From: a bacterium
Lineage (GTDB): Bacteria > SAR324 > NAC60-12
Direction of reading: 5' to 3'
NCBI GenBank assembly: GCA_965205865.1
Contig: CBDBHR010000028.1
Coordinates: 160,001 to 224,000 of the forward strand
DNA: 64,000 nt
Of the stretch, positions 10,765-19,768 are shown one piece after another. Below the pieces are notes generated by a model. The model worked only from the letters and a program-made list of their open reading frames with translations, was not told where the DNA came from and made no database searches. The position numbers were made by a program, and so were the translations under genes. The first letter of the stretch is position 1. Every line of letters begins with the position of its first letter.

Positions 10765-11760
10765 ATGGAGAATGTCATGAAAAATTTCAAAACTACGATA
10801 AAATTTGATGGTCCTGCTTTAAAAGACAGGGCAATGGATGTTGGACATCTTGCTCCATCTCTTCTTGCGCTTAGTGAATTGGTTAAAGCGACAAATTTTC
10901 AGATTAACGGGGAACGAGCTAAGATAAAGATTTTAGTAAATGCGGATTTAGAACAAAAATGTTTTGAATTGAATCTTGAAATAGTACAGACAATTTGGGA
11001 ACAAGCTAAGACGTTATTAGCAGATGAAGATATTAAGAGTGCAAAGGAACTTTTAGGTTGGATTGGGATATCTAGTATTCCGGCAGTTGGATATTCTCTT
11101 TATCGATTAATTGAGAAATTACGTGGTAAAGAAATTGAATCAGTTACAGTTATTAAAATTTTAGAAGAAGGGAACTTACTAGAAATTAAAGTTCGGGGTG
11201 AAGTTGATCCATTACAAGTTACTGAAACTGTATATAAACTGTATAATGATCGTAATATAAGACAGAAGGCATTGGATTTTTTAGGTCCACTCAGAGAAGA
11301 AGGATATGATTCATTAAAGGTTTATCAGGATGAAGAAGTTTTTACAGAATTTTTAAAGGACGATATACCGGTAGCAGATGGTTCTGATTTACCAGAAATC
11401 GTAGTACAGAATCAAAAGATATCTATGATTACAGCCGATGTCAGAATTCGAAAGGCTGCTTATGAAGGTAAATCACGTTGGACGTTGGTATATAAACATG
11501 CAATGGAAGTTCCAATTGATGACGAGAAATGGTTAGAGAAATTTCAGAATGGTATAGAAAATGCGCCTCCAGGTAGTTCACTCCGAGTTGATCTTGAAGA
11601 AACTTATATTACAAATGAAGATGATGAAATCATATCTGATCCTCTGTATAGAGTGAAGAAAATTCATAAAGTACTGTTACCGAGTACTCAGTTGAAGATG
11701 AATTTTAAAGATATGAGTAGGAAATCCAAAGATGAAGATTCGGTTGAACAGGAAAAGTGA
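10765..11760 (+). CDS. Conserved hypothetical protein (AT-rich cassette)
   Basis: 331-aa open frame; N-terminus FDGPALKDRAMDV..LAPSLLAL resembles uncharacterised mobile-element proteins. Confidence 0.7.
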   Translation: MENVMKNFKTTIKFDGPALKDRAMDVGHLAPSLLALSELVKATNFQINGERAKIKILVNADLEQKCFELNLEIVQTIWEQAKTLLADEDIKSAKELLGWIGISSIPAVGYSLYRLIEKLRGKEIESVTVIKILEEGNLLEIKVRGEVDPLQVTETVYKLYNDRNIRQKALDFLGPLREEGYDSLKVYQDEEVFTEFLKDDIPVADGSDLPEIVVQNQKISMITADVRIRKAAYEGKSRWTLVYKHAMEVPIDDEKWLEKFQNGIENAPPGSSLRVDLEETYITNEDDEIISDPLYRVKKIHKVLLPSTQLKMNFKDMSRKSKDEDSVEQEK

Positions 11761-11829
11761 TTGTCAATTCATTATCCAAAAGACACAGAGAAACAAAAAA
11801 TTATTTGAAGTCGCATAAAGCATGGGAAC

Positions 11830-12245
11830 CAAGAAGATATCCTCATCGCTCGCACCGGAACCACTTACGGAAAGACCATGATATTCGAGGAAGACTATCC
11901 AGCAGTCTTCGCCTCTTATCTGATTCGACTCCGTTTCCCATACAGCATGTACATCCCGTTTACTATTGGGCATTTGCCTGGAGTGACGCTTATTGGAATC
12001 AGGCAAAAGCTCTGTCGAGTGGTGGAGGACAACCACAGTTCAATGCCAATGCGTTAAAACAGGTTAAAATCCCTCTCCCATCACTTGAAACTCAACACTC
12101 CATAGTGGCAGAAATCGAAGCCGAGCAAGTCGGCGTCGAAGTTTGCCGGGAATTAGTGAAACGTTTTGAAGAGAAAATTCGGAAGGCCATCGCCCGGGTG
12201 TGGGTGGAAGACGAAATCGAATCTTTCGAACTGATAAAAATTTAA
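11830..12245 (+). pseudogene. hsdS: Orphan HsdS C-terminal half (partial TRD plus conserved region), frameshifted near 11940
   Basis: One frame reads EDILIARTGTTYGKT..FASYLIRLRFP; the next reads GGQPQFNANALKQVKIPLPSLETQHSIVAEIEAEQ..RFEEKIRKAIARVW, paralogous to the end of 7921..9468. Confidence 0.85.
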
Positions 12246-12250
12246 TTTCC

Positions 12251-12706
12251 TTACTTACTCGATTCCTCTCCTGATTCCTGAAAGAGGATATCCGAACTCA
12301 GAAATTCCGAAATTTGTCTGGCAATCAAATCCGGGACTGTGGTTTTTCTTCGGAGGCCACATTCCCAGACCACCATGATACGCCATCCATCATGCAGCAA
12401 CGCTTCCACGTTGCGCTTATCCCGGCTGGTGTTCCCCCGGAATTTGGCGAGCCAGAAATCTTGACGTGATTCCGGGGTTGTTGTCTCCCGACAACCATGA
12501 CGATGCCAAAAGCATCCGTGAATAAAAATTACCACACGTTGTCTGGTCAGGACAATATCCGGTTTTCCCGGGAGATTCTTCCTGTGGAGTCGATATCTGT
12601 ATCCATTTTTCCAAAGCCATCGGCGCACTGTCATCTCAGGGCAGGTGTCTTTCCCCTGGATTCTGGACATGTTGAAGCTGCGTTTCTCCGGAGAATGAAC
12701 ATCCAT
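12251..12706 (-). CDS. vsr: Very short patch repair endonuclease
   Basis: RSFNMSRI..KDTCPE, LPGKPDIV, FIHGCFWHRHGC, VWEC. Confidence 0.95.
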   Translation of the reverse strand: MDVHSPEKRSFNMSRIQGKDTCPEMTVRRWLWKNGYRYRLHRKNLPGKPDIVLTRQRVVIFIHGCFWHRHGCRETTTPESRQDFWLAKFRGNTSRDKRNVEALLHDGWRIMVVWECGLRRKTTVPDLIARQISEFLSSDILFQESGEESSK

Positions 12707-12732
12707 TACTGTAAATTCGAAGTCTGTAACGT

Positions 12733-13767
12733 TCAGGGGTTGATGAATTTATCAAAATCGATGTCCGGTTGACCCTGACGGGCATAATACGATGAAAAAC
12801 GCGCCACAATATCTTTCACGAAGGATGGAGATATCTGTATTTTGGGAGGCATCTCAAACTTCTCATCAAATTTCTCAATTTCCAGAGTTTCGAGTTTTCT
12901 GAAATTGAGGAATCCTCCTTCAAAAAAGTCCGTTTCGGGAAGCCAGTGATAAAATGCTAATTTGTTATTTCCATATGCTTGTTTGAGTTCGCTACTTTTC
13001 AGGTGCAGTGTCTTTTCAGGATCAACTTCCACTAAGAGAATCCTGTCTGTCTTCCTTTCCTTTTTCCTCACGACAAGGTCGCAGGCCGGATTCATGACAG
13101 CAAACCACTTTTTACTGTTTGTCTCTCTAACGAGGCTGCCAATGCGGATTTCTTCTATAAGAGGCGGTCTCAGATAGACTTCTTCGGGATAGCAACGATC
13201 TTCATCATCATCAAGAAGCTGGAGCAGATGGTTCAGGGTGTGACGAAGGAGGGCTTTTTCAGTTCTCGGAGGATCAGTCTTACCATACTTTATCCAAATC
13301 TCCCTATGTGGAAGAAGATTCTTCAGGAACACTTTATTCAGATTGCGTTCAATGACACCTCTGCCACCCATAATACGGGTCAGTCCGGTGTTATGAATAT
13401 CCCAGAATTGATCAAATAGTTCGGCATATCCTGTCCCGGGATCACCTTTCTTGAAAACTCCTATATTCGCGCAGTCCGCGTCCGCGGCGCCAGGTGTCGC
13501 AGTGAGGATGACGACTGGAATGCGGAAGTGTAATTCTTCAATTTTACGGATAACCTGATTTCCTCCATTGCCTAGGTCCCCAAGCTTCAGGTCAATGATC
13601 GCGCCGTCAATGGAGTTGTCAAGCATTGAGAAGGCCTCTTCGACATCCTTGCACGCAACAAGTTCCACCTCCCTCTGCTTTTCGTCTTTATATCTCAAGA
13701 TTGTATCTCTGCAGGTGGCGATCTCTTGCTCGTCGTCTTCAACAATTAGAAGTTGAAATATGTTCAT
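12733..13767 (-). CDS. Response-regulator receiver domain fused to an uncharacterised C-terminal domain
   Basis: LLIVEDD, phosphoacceptor AIIDLKL (D59), VILTA, FKK; C-terminal NPACDL and YYARQGQPD; ATGA overlap with the upstream kinase. Confidence 0.85.
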   Translation of the reverse strand: MNIFQLLIVEDDEQEIATCRDTILRYKDEKQREVELVACKDVEEAFSMLDNSIDGAIIDLKLGDLGNGGNQVIRKIEELHFRIPVVILTATPGAADADCANIGVFKKGDPGTGYAELFDQFWDIHNTGLTRIMGGRGVIERNLNKVFLKNLLPHREIWIKYGKTDPPRTEKALLRHTLNHLLQLLDDDEDRCYPEEVYLRPPLIEEIRIGSLVRETNSKKWFAVMNPACDLVVRKKERKTDRILLVEVDPEKTLHLKSSELKQAYGNNKLAFYHWLPETDFFEGGFLNFRKLETLEIEKFDEKFEMPPKIQISPSFVKDIVARFSSYYARQGQPDIDFDKFINP

Positions 13768-15914
13768 TCTTCGTTCTCTTTTTCGGGTTGTAACCTGAAC
13801 CAGACTCCTTCGTCAGACTCAAAAGCTCTCAGTTCAAGACCGTTACGGGTAGCAGCCTCACCCGCAATGGCCAGGCCCAGTCCGGTGCCGGACGGTTTCG
13901 TGGAAAACTGGGGTTCAAATATAACTCCACTCGCAATGAGGTCTGGTTCCATACCCGGTCCTGTGTCGCGATAATCTACATGAAGGAGCGAATCATCGTC
14001 AGTTAAAAGTTCAACAGTGATTTTCCTGACGGAAACTTTTTTTTCGTCCATCCAGTAAAGACTGTTGTCGATGAGATTTGTGAAAATTGCGTAAATATCC
14101 TGAGGCCAGGAGGAAAAACAGAAATCGTCGGGACCCGTGACTTCAGCAGATATCTTCCGGCACTTCATTTCTTCTTCGAAAACGGCAAGCATCTCTCTTA
14201 TCGTCTTCTTCAGTTTCAAAGGTTTTCTTGTCGAGCGTTTCCCCGCGGCTAAAGGATCAAGTCGGCTGAAGAGCTTCACAAAAATCTCGGCATTATGGCC
14301 AACCCCTTCGACAATCGATATGGATTTTTCAAGTTCCCCCGAATCTCGGGTTTTCTGAAATGAGTCGTACCAGTAACGGAGGTTCGGTATCTGATTTCGG
14401 AAGTAACTGAGCGGCCGCCTGCCTTCATGAAGAATCACGTTAATGATCTTCCCCAAAGTAGCCTGACCTTGATAAATGGCGACCGCCTGACGGATTTCCT
14501 CGGCAACCTTGTTTTTCTCTTCTTCGTCCCGGCTGATGATTTTAACGATCTGGTCAGTAGTTTTTTCATCGGTTCCGTCTTTTACGAGTTGCGCCAGGAT
14601 ATTCCGTTTCATTTCTTCAAATGAAAAAATCCGTCCCAATTCCCTTTCCATCTTGAGAGCGGGCCTGCTCAATCCTGCCTTTCTTCTGTAATCGAATCGC
14701 TTTGTTTCGAGTTTCGCGAAAACCTCCTGTGTAATTTTCTTAAGCCTGTCAAAAGCCGTATTTTCCCTGAGTCCGTCCCTTGCACTTTTTTCGATCAGTC
14801 CGGACTGCCCATCCGGTTGAATCTGAACATATCCGATCGCCTGATTACTGCCGACTCGCATTGATGGGTTCTGGACGCGCCGTTCATTCAGTTTCAACCA
14901 ATCGAAGTCGGCATCGCCCAAGGGCCGGATACGGAATCCATTACGATAAACACCGATACCGTTGTATTCGTTAAGAAGACGCCTCGCATCTTGTTTTCCC
15001 ACGTAGTTTCCGGATTCATCCTTGAGGCCACGTCCGATCAGGGATTCAATGGCTTCCTTCTCACGGTCGTACACCCGGATATCGACGTCAAGTTCACCAC
15101 AGAGGGTAGGCTTTCCGAAATCGAATGGAATTTTTTCATTGGTGATGTTACGGGCCTTTTGCGATGAATATGTCAGGGTAGCTTTACCATCCACGTTGAT
15201 TCTGCCGGCTATCCTGTAGTCGAACAAATCAAAGATCGTATAAGGCTTGATATTTTCCTTAATATTTTCTACGTCGGAAAAGCCATCAACCTTCAAATTT
15301 ATGAGGAATTCATCACCAAAGATGACACTTACAGGGGATATCAGCTTCTTCAATTCAAAACGGAGCTTATTGAATTGCTTCTGGTTCCATTCGGAGAGCA
15401 ATGCATTATCTCCGTTTATAGTCAGTCGGGTACCCGACGGTTCAGTTACTTCAGTGGTTTCGATGAGGACCTCCACATCATCAAGATACCGGGCAGCCTC
15501 AAAGTTCTTCCACTCGATATACACCGTTGTTTTTTCGCCTTCAGCAGTGATTGTTTCGAGCAGCAAATCCGTACCGAGAATAGATACGGCATATCGTCCC
15601 ACCCCTTTACTGCCCTGCATGATCCTTCCGGAAGGACTTGTGCGCCGGTCAAGCTTGTCTCGGGTTGAAGGCACCATCCACTCATTGATGACAGTGTCAC
15701 GTGACATGCCGTGTCCATGGTCAGAGATGACGATGCGATAACCGTTGTGATCAAGAGTTACCTTGAATTCAATATTCACATCTGGTGAGTCGGCATCATA
15801 GGCATTTTTTACCAATTCTACGACCGCTGCATAGCGGTCCTTTATCAAATCACGGCCAATGGTAAGAATGTGCCGGCCTGCCGGTCTTATCTTGTAAGTA
15901 TCACTTGTACTCAT
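13764..15914 (-). CDS. GHKL (MORC/paraMORC-like) ATPase fused to a histidine kinase
   Basis: N-terminal ELVKNAYDA, DHGHGM, GSKGVGR; H-box ILHEGRRPL; second HATPase NLIDNS, DTGPGM, FSTK..GTGLGL; no transmembrane segment seen. Confidence 0.88.
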   Translation of the reverse strand: MSTSDTYKIRPAGRHILTIGRDLIKDRYAAVVELVKNAYDADSPDVNIEFKVTLDHNGYRIVISDHGHGMSRDTVINEWMVPSTRDKLDRRTSPSGRIMQGSKGVGRYAVSILGTDLLLETITAEGEKTTVYIEWKNFEAARYLDDVEVLIETTEVTEPSGTRLTINGDNALLSEWNQKQFNKLRFELKKLISPVSVIFGDEFLINLKVDGFSDVENIKENIKPYTIFDLFDYRIAGRINVDGKATLTYSSQKARNITNEKIPFDFGKPTLCGELDVDIRVYDREKEAIESLIGRGLKDESGNYVGKQDARRLLNEYNGIGVYRNGFRIRPLGDADFDWLKLNERRVQNPSMRVGSNQAIGYVQIQPDGQSGLIEKSARDGLRENTAFDRLKKITQEVFAKLETKRFDYRRKAGLSRPALKMERELGRIFSFEEMKRNILAQLVKDGTDEKTTDQIVKIISRDEEEKNKVAEEIRQAVAIYQGQATLGKIINVILHEGRRPLSYFRNQIPNLRYWYDSFQKTRDSGELEKSISIVEGVGHNAEIFVKLFSRLDPLAAGKRSTRKPLKLKKTIREMLAVFEEEMKCRKISAEVTGPDDFCFSSWPQDIYAIFTNLIDNSLYWMDEKKVSVRKITVELLTDDDSLLHVDYRDTGPGMEPDLIASGVIFEPQFSTKPSGTGLGLAIAGEAATRNGLELRAFESDEGVWFRLQPEKENEE

Positions 15915-17173
15915 ACCCAGATCTCTTTCAGCCGACTAGCGATCTTCCGAGCAAGGAGAACCGGCACTGCATTGCCTATCTGGCGAAAGGCTGAGGTGCG
16001 CTTGGGAACGTCATCCCTGCTCTCGAAGAAATAATCATCGGGGAATGTTTGCAATCGTGCCGCTTCCCTCGGTGTGATGGATCGATTCTGGTCAATATCA
16101 GGATGAATGTAATAGTGTCCGTCCTTTGCAATATGGGCTAACACGGTATGCGAAAAAGGCAGGTCCGCAGCGACAACCTTGAACCTGTCGAGAAAAGAGT
16201 TCCGGTGACTGTGGGTTTTCAGATGATCCGGAAGCATGTTATAGCTCAGACGGGTCTTTTCCCGGTTCCACAATCCTACAGCAATTCGGTAAATCTTGAG
16301 ATCCTGATCCGTATTCGGCCTTGCTTGGTGCCAGGTGACCGGAAGTTCAACATTCCGGATTCCTGCCTCATACTGCCATGTCCCCCCGTATGATCGAATA
16401 CGACAGGGACCGGAACTGCCTGAACCCGCGACAAGAGCCGGAAGATCATCAAATACTTCACCAACTCTGGCATCGGGCTTCCATTTGCTTGGCCCCGGAG
16501 AAAATCCCGGGGATTGCCCCAACCTGCCAATAAGAATGATCCTTTTCCGGCTCTGAAGAACGCCATAGTCTTCCGCTGACAGTGTCATGAACTCCGTTTC
16601 ATAACCATATCGGCAAAAAAGACGACGCATGTCGTCAAAATGAAGGGCACCGTTCCTGTCTTTTGCCGAAAGGAGCCCGGGGACATTTTCAAAGACAAAG
16701 TAAGTGGGTCGATACCTTCTCAGGAATTCGGCGTAATCGAAATACAGATAGTTTCGATTGTCGTTCTTCATTCGGTCCCGATCCCGCGAACGGCCAACGA
16801 GCGAGTACGCCTGACAGGGGGGACCACCGATAATCAGATCAAGCTTACGATTTTTCAGCGACTCGTCGATCTTACTGAAAATACCCGGCAGTGTCACCCT
16901 GTTTATCTCCGCATTGATAACAGACCCGGTAATGCATTCCGGAACGCATTCATAGAAATCCCGACGGCTCAGAGTTCCACTCAGGTAGTCAGCATACCGT
17001 TCAATCTGACCCTGAGTCTTCAGCCAATGATACGCCATCCGGGTACACAGGGTGAAGCAGGCTGCCGGGTCTGATTCAACGTGGGCCACCGGCTCAAACC
17101 CTGCATGTATAAATCCTTCGGACAGACCTCCTCCTCCGGCAAAAAGGTTCAGAAATCTCAGGTTTCTGTTCAC
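15911..17173 (-). CDS. dcm: DNA (cytosine-5)-methyltransferase
   Basis: LFAGGGG, GGPPCQ, FENV, QSRKR, REAARLQTFPD, QIGNAVP; GTG start. Confidence 0.95.
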   Translation of the reverse strand: MNRNLRFLNLFAGGGGLSEGFIHAGFEPVAHVESDPAACFTLCTRMAYHWLKTQGQIERYADYLSGTLSRRDFYECVPECITGSVINAEINRVTLPGIFSKIDESLKNRKLDLIIGGPPCQAYSLVGRSRDRDRMKNDNRNYLYFDYAEFLRRYRPTYFVFENVPGLLSAKDRNGALHFDDMRRLFCRYGYETEFMTLSAEDYGVLQSRKRIILIGRLGQSPGFSPGPSKWKPDARVGEVFDDLPALVAGSGSSGPCRIRSYGGTWQYEAGIRNVELPVTWHQARPNTDQDLKIYRIAVGLWNREKTRLSYNMLPDHLKTHSHRNSFLDRFKVVAADLPFSHTVLAHIAKDGHYYIHPDIDQNRSITPREAARLQTFPDDYFFESRDDVPKRTSAFRQIGNAVPVLLARKIASRLKEIWV

Positions 17174-17421
17174 ACTCAGCCCTTCGTCTTTTCTTTATTT
17201 AACTGTACACCATCTTCAGGATAGATCCTCACTTTCTTCGTCGATAGTGTCAATCTGATCTTGAGTCATTGCCACATTCGGGGACGGTTGAAAACCCTCT
17301 GAAACTGAATTTATCCAGTGGATCAAAATGATCCACTTCGAAAATACTCGACTTCAATTGCCTCCTAATGAATCTCACAGCTTATAGCTTAGGGTGGTTT
17401 AGTGTCTAAAGAGGGACTCTT

Positions 17422-18810
17422 TTAACAACTCGAATTTTTCGCCTTCTTTGGTAGAGAGTTGAATTCTTGTAGTTGTTTTTCGTAACTGTTCAAATACATG
17501 GCGAAAGGATGGTCATAATATGGGTCATGGCAATCTTGCCACCACTTCTTTATGTTCCAACCGGAATCGATGAGGTCAGATGTAACAAACACAAACTCCA
17601 GAGTTTCTGTGAGAAAAACCTCCGTTCCTCTATTTTTACTATAATCAATACGAGAATCTTTACTACCATGGACATAGTGGTTACGGCACTCGACAGCCTC
17701 CTTTATCACTGTATCGATATCCGGGATTTGGTCTCCAATTTGATCGATTAAAAGTTGGTTCCTATAGTTAATTTTTTCTCTGAGACTACTCTGGCCGATA
17801 CGACCGAGGGCATCCAGAAGTCGAGCACGCTCTGGGGTTTTCTCCTTCAGTTTTTTGAAAATACTTTTACACTGATCACGAGCACATTCGAGTTCTGCTG
17901 ACAGCTTAATTTTACTGGGTATGGCGTTGTCAGGCAGGATATCAAATAGGTTCGCAACAATGATCAAGCGAACCTCACTATAAATATATTGTGGCCCAAC
18001 ATTGTTAAAGAACCTCCGTCGCGCCTCATGCCAGGTATCGTCTCGTTCGAACCAATTCTCCAGGATACGGGCAAATTCTTTTGGTTGTTGAGTTGCATTT
18101 ATCAGTGAATCGGGACGATGTTCAGTATTTTTAAATCGTCGATACTCAGGAAGTCTGTGCACATAGACTTGTAGAGGCGCCTGACTGGGTCCTGTTGCAA
18201 TCGTTAATTCCACGATATTCTGGGGACGGCCTATCAATAATCCAAGTAATCCCTGAATCTTGTACAAAGTCCTTTCCATAATCTCTTTAAAACAGGTTTT
18301 GACTGGACGCAAATTTACAGAGATCATATCCCTCTCCACATCGTCCAGGATACCCAATGGATCAAGGATATTTGTACGTGAAGCAGAGATTTTCCCCAGC
18401 TTCGTGTTTGCTACGAAAATCTCTACCTTCCCATCTGTAGAGACATCTGGAAAGAGAACGGTTGCATCATCAATCACCATACTCACCTCACAAACCGTAT
18501 CCTTGTCGGGCCGAAAATGATCGTCGCCGATAAGAATGAGATTCGCGCCAATACGAACAAAGTATTTATTTTCTTTTTGATAAACAGGGTCAACCAAACA
18601 GCAACTGATTATCGATACAGATTTTCCTGAATTATGCAGCACGCCTGTTACAGTGCCAGTTATTTCACTAATCAGGACATCATGTACATTATTGCTCCAC
18701 ACATCAAGACAACTATCCTCTCCTGCGAGTGTGAGTTTACCATGGACTTCTTTGCCTGGTGCAATGGTAAATTTCCCCGAGTATTTCGAGTTTTTTAGTT
18801 CGTGTGTCAT
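17422..18810 (-). CDS. ApeA-like protein (beta-rich N-terminal domain plus HEPN)
   Basis: N-terminal GKFTIAPGKEVHGKL; C-terminal SLREKI and Rx4H motif CRNHYVHG. Confidence 0.7.
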   Translation of the reverse strand: MTHELKNSKYSGKFTIAPGKEVHGKLTLAGEDSCLDVWSNNVHDVLISEITGTVTGVLHNSGKSVSIISCCLVDPVYQKENKYFVRIGANLILIGDDHFRPDKDTVCEVSMVIDDATVLFPDVSTDGKVEIFVANTKLGKISASRTNILDPLGILDDVERDMISVNLRPVKTCFKEIMERTLYKIQGLLGLLIGRPQNIVELTIATGPSQAPLQVYVHRLPEYRRFKNTEHRPDSLINATQQPKEFARILENWFERDDTWHEARRRFFNNVGPQYIYSEVRLIIVANLFDILPDNAIPSKIKLSAELECARDQCKSIFKKLKEKTPERARLLDALGRIGQSSLREKINYRNQLLIDQIGDQIPDIDTVIKEAVECRNHYVHGSKDSRIDYSKNRGTEVFLTETLEFVFVTSDLIDSGWNIKKWWQDCHDPYYDHPFAMYLNSYEKQLQEFNSLPKKAKNSSC

Positions 18811-19214
18811 GGTTGATTTCTCATCTATCCTTTCATTAGAGTCTGTTTAAAAAATACAATCCATTTTACCATGTCAAGTTTCAACCCTGTACACTTTCGA
18901 TAAACTCCACCGAGACCACAATTTCCTGTTTCATTTAAAAATTGGGACAACATGATTTGTTTTTCTTGGCATTATAATTCCCCTTTGAGACATTGCCATT
19001 TATTCAAGATAGTTATTACTGACAATACCATAAATTAAATTTTTACAAATTTTTTGTTGAAAATATAAAATTTTTAGCTATAAATGAAATAAGATACAAG
19101 AAAATCCATTGATGAGGTTATTCGCATTTGATAATTTCGCAATGGGTTTATTATTGTTCTTCTGGCAATCGCTAAAACTCACGTCAATTAAGAATACAAG
19201 AAGGAGAGGAGAAT

Positions 19215-19517
19215 ATGCCACTTGTTAACAAAACACGAAATCCAGTACCAGAGCGCTATGAATTCAGCGGCTCACTGCCTCCTCCATCCGTACGGGGACC
19301 ATTTTTTCATAGAGACAAAGAGTCAAAGTCATGGACCGCACATTATTTCGTATGTGGTCATTTAAAGAATGATTTTGATACTTTACCTAAATCGCACGAA
19401 GTGGCTGTACACCTTGAACCAGAACTTTTTGCCGATTTTGAACTTGAACCAATTTTTGAAAGAGCTAATCAACTATTTGAAAAAGAGAAGAAAGACCTTT
19501 TCAAATATGTTCGTTAA
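19215..19517 (+). CDS. Hypothetical protein, 100 aa
   Basis: Strong RBS AAGGAGAGGAG before the ATG; AT-rich upstream region. Confidence 0.5.
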   Translation: MPLVNKTRNPVPERYEFSGSLPPPSVRGPFFHRDKESKSWTAHYFVCGHLKNDFDTLPKSHEVAVHLEPELFADFELEPIFERANQLFEKEKKDLFKYVR

Positions 19518-19768
19518 GAATCAACTTCCAGCACCCACGCAAGCATCTTCTCAAAGCGCACTCACTGAAATTTCCTTGAGTGATCGGGGTCCCTATGCAG
19601 AACTCATCCACACAAGCGTTGCTTTATAAAAGATCATCTCAAAATCATGGATGCCAAAGTTACTAAATCGATTGGAGCAATATTTGACATTGGGGGAAAA
19701 TTCGATCGACCATTGCCTTCTTCAGGGGCAAGGATGGTTATGACAATAAAAAGTGAAAAGGACGTAAC

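Noticed and set aside
9468-12245. Integron cassette array or hsdS shufflon
   Set aside because: No attC-like sites, integrase or invertase recognised; the hsdS-end repeats are direct, not inverted.
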